Below are positions 11,048 to 20,347 of a DNA stretch of 64,000 nucleotides, piece after piece; position 1 is the stretch's first letter, and each line of letters begins with the position of its first letter. Under the pieces are notes generated by a model that saw nothing but the letters and a program-made list of their open reading frames with translations, ran no database searches and was not told where the DNA came from. The position numbers and the translations under genes are program-made. Source of the stretch: Candidatus Nomurabacteria bacterium (GTDB lineage: Bacteria; Patescibacteriota; Minisyncoccia; Phycocordibacterales; UBA9973); the NCBI GenBank assembly GCA_023267215.1, contig JAHFNS010000002.1, positions 128,892 through 192,891 of the forward strand, read 5' to 3'.

Positions 11048-12284
11048 ATATTTTACCTTTTACTATAGTCATAATTACACTCCCCGGAAAAGTCATCCCC
11101 TCAAATGGGGACCATTTGCATTTTGTTTTCAATATTTCTTTTGTAATAAGAACTGGTTTATTCATATCAATTACCGTCAAAGATCCTATATATCCCTCTT
11201 TTACTTCTCCATATTTATTTTTTGTAAATTGATTGATAAATTTAGCTCCATTATAACTGCAAACTCTAACAATTTCTTTTTCTGTAAAATTATGTTCCTT
11301 CATAAGCCAAGTGGCGAAAGGTCCGTAAGTATCTAAATGTGGTATACCAGAAATCCCTTTTTCCTTTTCGGTCATTGTGTGTGGAGCATGATCAGTGGCT
11401 AAATAATCAATATCTCCATTTTTTAAAGCATTAATCAAATAAAAACTTTCCTCTGTCCCGCGAATAGGTGGATTAACTTGAAGCATCTTTTCTCTATTTT
11501 TATCTAAGGCAAATCCATCTTGGTTAGAGAAAAATAAATGATGAGGTGTTATCTCTACCGTTACATTTATTCCACGTGTTTTTGCATCTATTATTTTTTT
11601 AATTCCTTCTATGGTGGAACAATGACAAATTTTCCCAATGAGTTTGTATTTTTCTATTAAATAAAGCGCAAAATCTACAGCAGAGATTTCTGCTTCAGGT
11701 GGTCTTTGCAGTTCGTGAGTCGATTGACCTTTATTCATTTCCAAAATTTCAAAATCTTCACAGTGAAAACTTACATATTGTCCTTCATATAATTTTATAG
11801 TATTTTCTAATTCTTTTTTAGAGCTAAAAAATAATTCTCCTATAGAAGGACCCATAAAAACTTTATAAGGTACAAATTTTGAAAGAGGTTTTGTGTAGAG
11901 TCCAATGCCAGCATAGAGTAATATTTCTATGGAAGACTTTCTAGTTAATTCTTTTTTTTGTTCATAGTTTTCATCATTTGTTGGAGGGACGGGATTATTA
12001 GGCATTTCCGCTATCGCTACCACTCCGCCATTTATAGCAGCCTCCCCAACTGTTTTGAAGTCTTCTTTATAGTCTTGTTTATGACTTATATCTTCTCTTG
12101 CATGAACGTGTATATCTATAAAACCCGGGAAAATTAATTCATCTTTAAAAACAAAATCTGCGGAACCTGTCGGCTCGTTTACTTTAGTAATCAATCCACT
12201 TTCTTGATCAATCTCGATTCTACGACGAATTTGTTCAGTGTTGTTTATAACAACACCTTCTATTGTAAGAATATTATTAGGCAT
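11037..12284 (-). CDS. pyrC: Dihydroorotase
   Basis: PGFIDIHVH, ATDHAPH, KCKWSPFEG motifs. Confidence 0.9.
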   Translation of the reverse strand: MPNNILTIEGVVINNTEQIRRRIEIDQESGLITKVNEPTGSADFVFKDELIFPGFIDIHVHAREDISHKQDYKEDFKTVGEAAINGGVVAIAEMPNNPVPPTNDENYEQKKELTRKSSIEILLYAGIGLYTKPLSKFVPYKVFMGPSIGELFFSSKKELENTIKLYEGQYVSFHCEDFEILEMNKGQSTHELQRPPEAEISAVDFALYLIEKYKLIGKICHCSTIEGIKKIIDAKTRGINVTVEITPHHLFFSNQDGFALDKNREKMLQVNPPIRGTEESFYLINALKNGDIDYLATDHAPHTMTEKEKGISGIPHLDTYGPFATWLMKEHNFTEKEIVRVCSYNGAKFINQFTKNKYGEVKEGYIGSLTVIDMNKPVLITKEILKTKCKWSPFEGMTFPGSVIMTIVKGKIYEK

Positions 12285-12408
12285 ATAGTTTATTCTTTAT
12301 TAGACAAAAAAATAACCCCACGACAGGGGCTGTTTTAATAGAAAATATAAAAGAGAGAAAAGTGCGAATATGGGGTCGATTCTTAAGAATTAATTGCATT
12401 CTAAACAT
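12277..12408 (-). promoter_or_regulatory. Putative pyr attenuator: 43-codon leader ORF spanning a U/C-rich tract and a terminator hairpin
   Basis: Hand translation gives MFRMQLILKNRPHIRTFLSFIFSIKTAPVVGLFFCLIKNKLYA*; hairpin AGCCCC-tgtcgt-GGGGTT followed by a T7 run at about 12306-12331. Confidence 0.55.
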
Positions 12409-12453
12409 TAGGTAGAATAATACACCTTTTTAAAAAGTGAACAAGTGGAAAAC

Positions 12454-13143
12454 TTATTTACTTTTTTCTGTTAATAGTGATAAGGCTTTCTTTACAATTT
12501 TTGTTAACTTTTTAACTACTTCTATCTTCCCCTTATCGTTTAATACATGATAGATAACCGCATCCTTGTCTTTCTCTATAGAATGAATAATATACTCATT
12601 GTCCGCTAACTCTTTACTAGTAAATTCTAATGGTATTTCTTTTCTTAGAAGAACTAGTTTATCTTTTATTTCTGAATTTTTTATATCTTCAGATAAAATA
12701 TCCAAAAAATTTAAAACCGACTGACAAGAATTTACCCTTAAACGATTAGTTTTAAAATAATTAAAAACATCACCTCCCATTGATTCAATAATTTTAATCT
12801 CATTTTCATCTTCCCAGTTATTTCTTTCTTTCTGATTTTCATGAAAACTGTCGGTAAAAATTGGACCCTTTAAAAAACTTTTAAAAGACTCTACTCCCTC
12901 AATAACTTCCTCTTTTTCCAAATCACTTAAATCTTCAAAAACCTCCCCCTCCTTAATTTTTGTATTTTTTATTAGTTCTGAATCTTTCTCTAATCCATAA
13001 TCCACAAAATCTAAAGAGTTATCACTTTCTTCACAAAAAGTAGATAGCTCCTTAACAATCTCAGCTTTTTTTTCACTAATTTTATTTAAAATATTCTCTT
13101 TTTGAGAAACTACAAAATTTCCATCTGGGTTAAAGTCCATCAA
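12454..13143 (-). CDS. Hypothetical acidic protein
   Basis: 229-aa ORF, no recognisable motif. Confidence 0.65.
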   Translation of the reverse strand: MMDFNPDGNFVVSQKENILNKISEKKAEIVKELSTFCEESDNSLDFVDYGLEKDSELIKNTKIKEGEVFEDLSDLEKEEVIEGVESFKSFLKGPIFTDSFHENQKERNNWEDENEIKIIESMGGDVFNYFKTNRLRVNSCQSVLNFLDILSEDIKNSEIKDKLVLLRKEIPLEFTSKELADNEYIIHSIEKDKDAVIYHVLNDKGKIEVVKKLTKIVKKALSLLTEKSK

Positions 13144-13187
13144 GTAATTATAACAAATTTTTTATTTTCTTACTGCAATGATAAGTT

Positions 13188-13382
13188 TTATCTTTTCTTA
13201 ATTATTGGCACACCTAGATCTTCACAAATCTTTTTTCCTATATGAGTGTTAATTTCATTATGCCTAGGAATAGTAGATGTCCTACCTGTAAAAGTATTAC
13301 ACCAAACACTATGAGAACCACCTTCCCTCAGAAAAACACACCCATATTTACGAATGTGTTTTATAAGATCAATTTGCTTCAT
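13188..13382 (-). CDS. hicA: HicA-family toxin (mRNA interferase)
   Basis: REGGSH...STIPRHNEI motif, 64 aa. Confidence 0.88.
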   Translation of the reverse strand: MKQIDLIKHIRKYGCVFLREGGSHSVWCNTFTGRTSTIPRHNEINTHIGKKICEDLGVPIIKKR

Positions 13383-13388
13383 AAGAAA

Positions 13389-13616
13389 TTAAGCACAAAC
13401 AGCAAGATTTTCTCGTGTAATAATAGATCGTCCTTCAGATTTTTTTGATAAAAGACGATTACTTTCAAGTATAAGCAAAAGTGCTTCTTTTAGATTTCTT
13501 TTGGTTTCAGACAAAGTTTTACCTTGAGTATTGACCCCTGGAATTTCCTCTATCCAGCCAGAATACCATTTGCCAGATTTTTTATATAAAGCTGTAAATT
13601 GTCGTGATTGTTTCAT
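13389..13616 (-). CDS. hicB: HicB-family antitoxin (short form)
   Basis: EIPGVNTQGKTLSETKRNLKEAL motif. Confidence 0.88.
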   Translation of the reverse strand: MKQSRQFTALYKKSGKWYSGWIEEIPGVNTQGKTLSETKRNLKEALLLILESNRLLSKKSEGRSIITRENLAVCA

Positions 13617-13655
13617 AAGTAAAATATACTAAAAAACCAATCAAAAATCAACAAA

Positions 13656-14648
13656 CTATTTCCTCGTTGCAATGATAGTGCCTGTTATATTATGTCCTTT
13701 ACAATGAGAAAGAACTCCTAAATAAGAATCTATTGATCCTTTTGATAAATTTTCCTTCGCTTTTCGTAATAACCTTTTTTTAGTACTAGTGCGTAAAACT
13801 CTATAATGTGGAAGAATAACATAACCAAGAAAATCTATTCCTTGAGATAATTTTCTAATTTCAACCTTTCTGGGGTGTAATTTTAATTCGAGTTCTGTTT
13901 TTAAAAATTCAAAAATTTTAGGAATGATGGATTCAAGAAATTTTTTTTCCTGAGAAACAATTACAAAATCATCACAATAACGAACATAATATTTTATTTT
14001 CAATTTATGTTTAATATATTGATCAAAAATATTCATATAGACATTAGCAAAAAGTTGGCTTGTCACATTGCCGAGGGGTAATCCTTTCCCTTTAGTTTTT
14101 TCAAAACTTTTTATAATATTATTTAATAACCATTTTGTTTCTGGACATTTAATTTTTGAAAAAAGAATATCTTTTAAAATTTCATGATCTATCGAATCAA
14201 AAAATTTTGAAATATCACACTTCAAAACCCAAACATTGCGAGTATAGTTTTGTGTTTCTTTTCGTAAAAATCTTTCTAATTGATTAACTCCCGAGTGAGT
14301 TCCTTTATTAAATCGACAAGCATATGAATCATATATAAAAGATGAGTCAAAGACCTTATAAAGTTGGCGAAAAATAGCTTGATGCACTACCCTGTCCCGC
14401 ACTTCTGCTTTGTGAATATGTCTGCGTTTTGGGTCATAAACGTAAAATGGTACATACGGTTCATTTATATATGTTTTTCGTCGAAGAGAAAAGTGAATGT
14501 CTAAAATATTTTTTTCTAAATTAAACTCAAATTTTTGTATATCTGGTTTTTTATTTTTTCCACACCGAAATTCTCGCCAAGCGGAAAGAAGATTGGAAGT
14601 TGAAATTATATGATAGAATAAATCACTATGAGTACCCCCCCCCAACAT
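13656..14648 (-). CDS. DGR reverse transcriptase
   Basis: GLPLGNVTSQLFAN (DGR-type SQ), YVRYCDDF, GIDFLGY motifs. Confidence 0.95.
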   Translation of the reverse strand: MLGGGTHSDLFYHIISTSNLLSAWREFRCGKNKKPDIQKFEFNLEKNILDIHFSLRRKTYINEPYVPFYVYDPKRRHIHKAEVRDRVVHQAIFRQLYKVFDSSFIYDSYACRFNKGTHSGVNQLERFLRKETQNYTRNVWVLKCDISKFFDSIDHEILKDILFSKIKCPETKWLLNNIIKSFEKTKGKGLPLGNVTSQLFANVYMNIFDQYIKHKLKIKYYVRYCDDFVIVSQEKKFLESIIPKIFEFLKTELELKLHPRKVEIRKLSQGIDFLGYVILPHYRVLRTSTKKRLLRKAKENLSKGSIDSYLGVLSHCKGHNITGTIIATRK

Positions 14649-14727
14649 CTCCAGTAATATTATTGAGCTCCCCGTTATCCTCCATATAAAGAGATTATAT
14701 AAAATAATATATCAATTAGAAACAAAA

Positions 14728-15015
14728 ATGCCGAAACAAAATAAACTCGGCATTCATAAAAAAGTAGAAGAATATGTTCTACGAATTTTAACTCTTTTGA
14801 TAGATTCTGCACTTCGAAGTAAACAAGACAAAATACAGACCCTAAATCAAGCACGTCGAGATATTGAAGTACTAAAACATCTTATTCGTTTAGAATATGA
14901 ACTTAATATAATAAAAGAAAAACAATATATTATTCTCGCACAAATACTTGAAAAAATATCTATGATGACAACAGGTTGGATAAAATCTTTTGGAACACAA
15001 AAGCCCTTATATTGA
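14728..15015 (+). CDS. avd: DGR accessory variability determinant (Avd), opposite strand to RT; frame open upstream to 14632
   Basis: Four-helix-bundle-like basic protein ending LEKISMMTTGWIKS; upstream in-frame ELPVILHIKRLYKIIY resembles an Avd N-terminal helix. Confidence 0.85.
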   Translation: MPKQNKLGIHKKVEEYVLRILTLLIDSALRSKQDKIQTLNQARRDIEVLKHLIRLEYELNIIKEKQYIILAQILEKISMMTTGWIKSFGTQKPLY

Positions 15016-15025
15016 AGGGCTTTTG
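14998..15025. terminator. 11-bp hairpin at the avd stop and TR 3' side
   Basis: CAAAAGCCCTT-atattg-AAGGGCTTTTG. Confidence 0.6.
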
Positions 15026-15037
15026 CCTAGAAACTTC

Positions 15038-15148
15038 TGACGGAGGCCGTTGTCGGGATTACGGTTATCACGATTGTCGTTGCTCACGTTGAACTGACCA
15101 TCGTTATTGCGGTTCATGTTCATGGCATTGCCATCCGAATCAAGGGCC
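15038..15148 (-). repeat. DGR template repeat (TR)
   Basis: 111-bp ungapped match to 15407-15517; AAY-rich on the minus strand. Confidence 0.96.
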
Positions 15149-15341
15149 CTTTCTGTGAGAGTCCATCCATACCACCACATGTCTTTAAAAAAAACATATT
15201 GAGTTGTTCCGGCTCTAAAGCCGTCTCTGTTTGGAATCTTTATATTCCCTAGACTCCCACAGGCAGTTTCTATATTATGGCAAACTGTCATCCATTTTAA
15301 AATGGATCAGCTTAACAGCCAAATTATTTATATCATAAAAA

Positions 15342-15366
15342 AAGTCCTCAACATAGTTGAGGACTT
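15342..15366 (-). promoter_or_regulatory. Hairpin downstream of VR (DGR cruciform and/or terminator)
   Basis: Perfect 11-bp stem AAGTCCTCAAC-ata-GTTGAGGACTT, followed by a T-run on the minus strand. Confidence 0.7.
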
Positions 15367-15393
15367 AGGTAACAAGTTAAAAAGTTACCAGTT

Positions 15394-16146
15394 TTAGAAA
15401 TCTACTTGACGGAGGCCGTGGTCGGGATAACGGTAATCACGATAGTCGTAGCTCACGTCGAACTGACCATCGTTATTGCGGCTCATGCTCATGGCACCGC
15501 CAACCGAATCAAGGGCCGCAAAACGAGTAAGCCCTTTGACGTCGTACATTTTATTAGTTTCAGTACGATATCGGAAAGCAGAGATAATACCTTCTTTTGG
15601 AATCATGAATTTTATATTTTCATTAATTCCATCATCATAACTTTTGTTAAGCAAATCCGGTTCATCCCCACCGACATGACATGTTGCGTAATCACTCGTG
15701 GGACGTACCTGCTGTTCCTTAATGGATTCGGCAATGTTGTCATAATATTTCCAAACCGCATTATTGCCAAATTTTTTTGCATAGGCTTCAAAATATTGAT
15801 CTTCAGTAATATCAGTAAAGATATATTCCAGCCGTTTCATTTTTTCGTTCCATGCAGGAAGCACTATTTTTGACCAATCAATAGTACGACTGAAGAATTT
15901 TTTGTAAAAAACTTCAATTCGTCTTTTTTCTTCAATCCATGGGTCAATTTCAATTCCAAAAATTTCTTTGCAAAAATTTTCGGTAAGTTTTTCAACTTCA
16001 TGATCTGGACTTAAAACAAAGTGATTGGCACTTTCAAATGAAAGCTTTCCACTATCTCCCAAAACACGAGTGATTGTTCCGGCAATTTTAAAGCCGATTG
16101 CAACTAACTGACCTGAGGTGGCAGGTGTAATAACTTGATTTGTCAT
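15394..16146 (-). CDS. DGR target (variable) protein, probable C-terminal CLec-like fold
   Basis: VR at the 3' end; ends GLRQVDF; SD-like GAGGAG upstream. Confidence 0.92.
   Translation of the reverse strand: MTNQVITPATSGQLVAIGFKIAGTITRVLGDSGKLSFESANHFVLSPDHEVEKLTENFCKEIFGIEIDPWIEEKRRIEVFYKKFFSRTIDWSKIVLPAWNEKMKRLEYIFTDITEDQYFEAYAKKFGNNAVWKYYDNIAESIKEQQVRPTSDYATCHVGGDEPDLLNKSYDDGINENIKFMIPKEGIISAFRYRTETNKMYDVKGLTRFAALDSVGGAMSMSRNNDGQFDVSYDYRDYRYPDHGLRQVDF
15407..15517 (-). repeat. DGR variable repeat (VR)
   Basis: 11 mismatches to TR, all at TR adenines. Confidence 0.96.
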
Positions 16147-16255
16147 TTTAGACTCCTCTTTAATTGATTAAGAACAATATTGTTCCTATTTAGTAGGCTA
16201 GCATATTTACGGTAAAAAGTCAAGCAAAAACCAATAAAAAGGCTCTAAAATAAGT

Positions 16256-18409
16256 TTATTTACGAGACGAGATTATTACTTCAGCCACGTTTTGTGGGAC
16301 TATGTCATAACGTAAAAATTCCATAGTGAAAGATGCACGTCCTTCAGTCATTGAACGAAGACCTGTCATGTATCCGAACATTTCAGAAAGAGGAACAACG
16401 GCACGAAGCGCTTTATTCATTCCGCGATCTTCCATACCTTCAATAATTCCACGCTTGGAAGAAAGATTACCTGTGATGTCTCCCATGAATTTTTCTGGAG
16501 TAACGACTTCCACTTTCATCATTGGTTCAAGAATAACTGGTTTTGCGCGCTTACAAGCATCTTGTACAGCCATAGAAGCTGCGATTTTAAAAGCCATTTC
16601 ATTGGAGTCCACTTCATGGAAAGAACCATCCCAAAGTTCAACAGAAACATTAACCATTTTGAATCCCGCAAGTACTCCGCGATCAAGACCTTCTTTAAAT
16701 CCTTTTTCGCAGGGAGCAATATATTCTTGTGGAATAGCACCTCCTTTAATCGTATTTATAAATTCAAAACCATTCGCTCTTTTTGTATTTTTTGGTAAAT
16801 CTTCCACTTCTTCTTTTGTAAGAGGCGTCATTGGTTTAACTTTAATTTTAACGTGACCGTAGTTTCCACGTCCACCAGATTGTTTTATGTATTTACCTTC
16901 TGCATCTGCATTATTGGTAATGGTCTCACGGTAAGCCACTTGTGGTTTACCTACATTAGCTTCAACAGTAAATTCTCTTTTCATGCGGTCTACAATAATT
17001 TCCAGATGAAGTTCTCCCATTCCAGCAATAATTGTCTCCCCTGTTTCTTGATCAGTACTAACTCGGAAAGTAGGATCTTCTTGTGCGAGACGATTGAGTG
17101 CCATACCCATTTTTTCTTGGTCTGCTTTTGTCTTTGGTTCAATACGAAGTTGAATAACAGGCTCAGGGAAAATTATTCTATCTAACTCAATTGGGTGTTC
17201 TTCGTCACAAATAGTATCAGAAGTGATAGTGTCTTTAAGTCCAACAGCCGCCGCGATTTCTCCAGCAAAAACTTTTTTCATTTCTTCTCGGTCATTCGCA
17301 TGCATACGAAGTATTCGTCCTATACGTTCTTTGTTGCGAGTACGAGGATTATAGATATAAGAACCAGCGGAAAGAGTTCCGGAATAAACTCTAAAGAAAA
17401 TAAGTTGCCCAACAAACGGATCCGTGGCAACCTTAAAGGCTAAAGCAGAAAAAGGCTCTTCGTCCGAAGCATGTCTCATAATAGGTTCATCATTATTGTC
17501 TGGATCTGTCCCCCCAATAGGTGGAATATCAAGCGGAGAAGGAAGATAGTCTACAACACCGTCGAGCACTAGCTGAACTCCTTTATTTTTTAAAGCGGAT
17601 CCAGCATAAACTGGGAAAATTTCATTAGCGATAACTCCTTTTCTTAAAAGTTTTTTCAAAACAACAGCATCAGGAATTTTTCCTTCGAAATAATCATTCA
17701 TGACAGCATCATCTTGTTCTACAATCTTTTCAATAAGTTCATGATGATATTTTTCTGCATCTGCCTTCATATCTTCTGGAATCTCTTTTTCGATAACTTT
17801 ATTACCCATTTCTCCCTCAAAGTAATAAGCTTTCATTGTGAATAAGTCCACAACACCTTCATGTTTTTCTTCAAGACCAATAGGAATTTGCATGCGAACA
17901 GCTTTCTTGGTTAGACGATCTAAAATAGTTGCATATGAATGTTCAAAAGATGCACCTATTCTGTCTAATTTATTTATAAAACAAATACGAGGAACTTTCG
18001 CTTCATCAGCATAACGCCAGTTTGTTTCTGATTGAGGTTCAACTCCAGCCACTCCGTCAAAAACAACAACAGCGCCGTCTAGTACACGAAGAGATCTTTT
18101 CACTTCTACGGTAAAATCTATGTGCCCAGGTGTATCAATAATATTAAAACGGTGTTTTTTACTTTTGTCTGTTGGGGAAGCATAAGTAGGCGTCCAGAAA
18201 CAAGTGACAGCAGCAGAAGTGATAGTGATACCTCTTTCTCTTTCTTGTTCCATCCAGTCTGTGGTAGTCTCTCCATCATGAACCTCTCCTATTTTATGAG
18301 AAACGCCAGTATAAAAAAGCACACGTTCTGTCGTAGTTGTTTTACCAGCATCGATGTGTGCAATAATTCCAATATTTCTAACTTTTTCTAGTGGATAGTC
18401 TCGTTCCAT
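16256..18409 (-). CDS. fusA: Elongation factor G
   Basis: [24 protein letters not shown] motifs. Confidence 0.99.
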   Translation of the reverse strand: MERDYPLEKVRNIGIIAHIDAGKTTTTERVLFYTGVSHKIGEVHDGETTTDWMEQERERGITITSAAVTCFWTPTYASPTDKSKKHRFNIIDTPGHIDFTVEVKRSLRVLDGAVVVFDGVAGVEPQSETNWRYADEAKVPRICFINKLDRIGASFEHSYATILDRLTKKAVRMQIPIGLEEKHEGVVDLFTMKAYYFEGEMGNKVIEKEIPEDMKADAEKYHHELIEKIVEQDDAVMNDYFEGKIPDAVVLKKLLRKGVIANEIFPVYAGSALKNKGVQLVLDGVVDYLPSPLDIPPIGGTDPDNNDEPIMRHASDEEPFSALAFKVATDPFVGQLIFFRVYSGTLSAGSYIYNPRTRNKERIGRILRMHANDREEMKKVFAGEIAAAVGLKDTITSDTICDEEHPIELDRIIFPEPVIQLRIEPKTKADQEKMGMALNRLAQEDPTFRVSTDQETGETIIAGMGELHLEIIVDRMKREFTVEANVGKPQVAYRETITNNADAEGKYIKQSGGRGNYGHVKIKVKPMTPLTKEEVEDLPKNTKRANGFEFINTIKGGAIPQEYIAPCEKGFKEGLDRGVLAGFKMVNVSVELWDGSFHEVDSNEMAFKIAASMAVQDACKRAKPVILEPMMKVEVVTPEKFMGDITGNLSSKRGIIEGMEDRGMNKALRAVVPLSEMFGYMTGLRSMTEGRASFTMEFLRYDIVPQNVAEVIISSRK

Positions 18410-18418
18410 ATATTTATA

Positions 18419-18889
18419 TTACCAAGCGAAATGAGCAAAAGCCTTGTTGGCTTCAGCCATCTTGTGAGTATCTTCTCTTTTCTTGATAGCAGAACCTTCA
18501 TTCTTAGAAGCAGCAATAAGCTCGTCAGCAAGTTTTAAGTGCATTTCACGTCCTTTACCTTTACGAGCAGCATCACGAATCCATCTCATAGCTAGAGCGA
18601 GTCTTCTTTCAGGACGTACTTCTCTTGGCACCTGGTAGTTCGCACCACCAATACGCTTTGAACGAACTTCTGTAAGTGGTCCTGCATTTTTCATTGCTAA
18701 GTCGAAAATCTCAAGAGGATTTGGATTGCCTGTTTTTTCTTTTATAACATCAAAAGCTTTATATACTATCTTTCTTGAAGTTTCTTTTTTACCAGACCAC
18801 ATAACGTAGTTGATAAATTTCTCCAATTTTTGAGAATTATAATTGAAATCTGGCTTAACTATATTTCGATTGTTTATTTTACGTCGCAT
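18419..18889 (-). CDS. rpsG: 30S ribosomal protein S7
   Basis: RIGGANYQVP and MAEANKAFAH motifs. Confidence 0.98.
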   Translation of the reverse strand: MRRKINNRNIVKPDFNYNSQKLEKFINYVMWSGKKETSRKIVYKAFDVIKEKTGNPNPLEIFDLAMKNAGPLTEVRSKRIGGANYQVPREVRPERRLALAMRWIRDAARKGKGREMHLKLADELIAASKNEGSAIKKREDTHKMAEANKAFAHFAW

Positions 18890-18894
18890 AATTT

Positions 18895-19317
18895 TTATTT
18901 TTTAACTACTTTTGGTCTCTTGTTTCCATAAAGAGATCTACCTTGTCTCCTCTTCTCAACTCCTTGAGTATCGAGTACTCCTCGAACAATGTGATATCTT
19001 ACTCCAATCAAGTCTTTCACACGTCCCCCACGAAGCATCACAACAGAGTGTTCTTGTAGGTTGTGTCCTTCACCAGGGATATAAGCTGTCACTTCCATGC
19101 CATTGGTTAAACGAACTCTAGCAATCTTTCGGAGAGCAGAGTTTGGTTTTTTAGGAGTAGTAGTCGAAACTTTTGTACAGACACCTCTTTTAAAGGGTGC
19201 AGGAAAAAACACTGGTCTATTTTTCAAAACATTAAATCCTCGCGCCAAAGCAACCGTTTTTGACTTGGCTTTGGTTTTAACTCTATTCTTTTTAATTAAT
19301 TGATTTACTGTTGGCAT
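18895..19317 (-). CDS. rpsL: 30S ribosomal protein S12
   Basis: [10 protein letters not shown]; start adjusted to MPTVNQL. Confidence 0.98.
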   Translation of the reverse strand: MPTVNQLIKKNRVKTKAKSKTVALARGFNVLKNRPVFFPAPFKRGVCTKVSTTTPKKPNSALRKIARVRLTNGMEVTAYIPGEGHNLQEHSVVMLRGGRVKDLIGVRYHIVRGVLDTQGVEKRRQGRSLYGNKRPKVVKK

Positions 19318-19371
19318 AATTAAACAAAATAGCCCCATAGGACTATTAGAAATAATATACTATTAAAAAAT

Positions 19372-19995
19372 TTAAATTGCAAGCCCGGTAATAAGCTGAT
19401 ATAAATTAGATATTATTGGATATAAGCTGTCAGCAAAGAAAAAAATAAAAACAATTATCAAAATAAGAGAGTATTGTTCTAAAAAAGTAATAATAGAATA
19501 CAAGGAGTTAGGAAGAAGAGAAAAAAGTATTTTAGAACCATCAAGGGGAGGGATAGGAACAAGATTAAAAATAGCCAAACCAAGATTAACTAAAATAATA
19601 GAAGAAATTATAAAACCAAGTCTAACAAACACTCCACTATCTACTCCGCTATTCACAATAAAACGTAAAATGAGTCCAAAAAAAACAGCAATAAAAAGAT
19701 TAGCGATGATACCAGCGGCAGCCACAGCTACTGTCCCCCATTTTTTGTTTGTCAGGTTTAGTGGATTGTATGGTACTGGTTTTGCCCAACCAAACATAAA
19801 TGGAGAATGAGATAAAATGAGGAGCCCTGGTAAAACTATAGAACCAAACATGTCTAAGTGTTTGAGTGGGTTTAGAGTAAGACGCCCTGCATAAAGAGCT
19901 GTCTTGTCACCAAAACGCAACGCAACAAAACCATGAGAAACCTCATGAATAACAACTGACATTATAAGTATGGCTATGAAAAAAATTGTATCCAT
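19372..19995 (-). CDS. M50-family (site-2) membrane protease
   Basis: HEVSH and NLVPIPPLDG motifs. Confidence 0.9.
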   Translation of the reverse strand: MDTIFFIAILIMSVVIHEVSHGFVALRFGDKTALYAGRLTLNPLKHLDMFGSIVLPGLLILSHSPFMFGWAKPVPYNPLNLTNKKWGTVAVAAAGIIANLFIAVFFGLILRFIVNSGVDSGVFVRLGFIISSIILVNLGLAIFNLVPIPPLDGSKILFSLLPNSLYSIITFLEQYSLILIIVFIFFFADSLYPIISNLYQLITGLAI

Positions 19996-20061
19996 TTTAG
20001 CTAAAGCCTAGGGCCTAGTTGCCTAAAGCCTAGTTCTATGATAGCATACAGAAACTACATT

Positions 20062-20310
20062 ATGAAAACATGTGCAATATCAAAAAAAGGTTCATTGGTT
20101 GGAGGCGGGTACTCAAATAGGACTCGTGCCACAAAATTCAACCCAACCGGCAAGAAAAGGAAATATCCAAATCTTCAAAAAAAGAAGGTTTTTGTGCCTG
20201 AATTAAATAAAACTATAAAGATAGAAGTTTCAACTCGAGGCATGAGAACAATCAAGAAAAACGGTATATATAAGACTCTCCTAAAAGCAGGACTCGTAAA
20301 AGCAAAATAA
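20062..20310 (+). CDS. rpmB: 50S ribosomal protein L28
   Basis: KRKYPNLQKKK...VSTRGMRTI; small basic protein. Confidence 0.8.
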   Translation: MKTCAISKKGSLVGGGYSNRTRATKFNPTGKKRKYPNLQKKKVFVPELNKTIKIEVSTRGMRTIKKNGIYKTLLKAGLVKAK

Positions 20311-20318
20311 AACTAAAA

Positions 20319-20347
20319 CAAAAAATCCCCAAGTGGGGATTTTTTGT
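20319..20347. terminator. Bidirectional intrinsic terminator
   Basis: aaaaaatcccc-aagt-ggggatttttt between convergent genes. Confidence 0.8.

Larger units (their letters stand above)
13656..16146. mobile_element. Diversity-generating retroelement cassette
   Basis: RT, Avd, TR and VR-containing target all within 2.5 kb. Confidence 0.96.

Noticed and set aside
13656-14648. RT as a group II intron or retron
   Set aside because: It is short, has no maturase or endonuclease domain, carries the SQ motif, and has an adjacent TR/VR and Avd.
15007-15291. 94-aa ORF spanning TR
   Set aside because: Its Asn-rich frame simply reflects the template repeat; there is no evidence it encodes a protein.
16326-18391. 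Antisense ORFs over fusA, and similar shadow ORFs elsewhere
   Set aside because: They are opposite-strand shadows of conserved genes.
19998-20036. Short CTAAAGCCTAG repeats, and CTAGAACCTA repeats near 26890
   Set aside because: Only two short copies each; too little to support a function.
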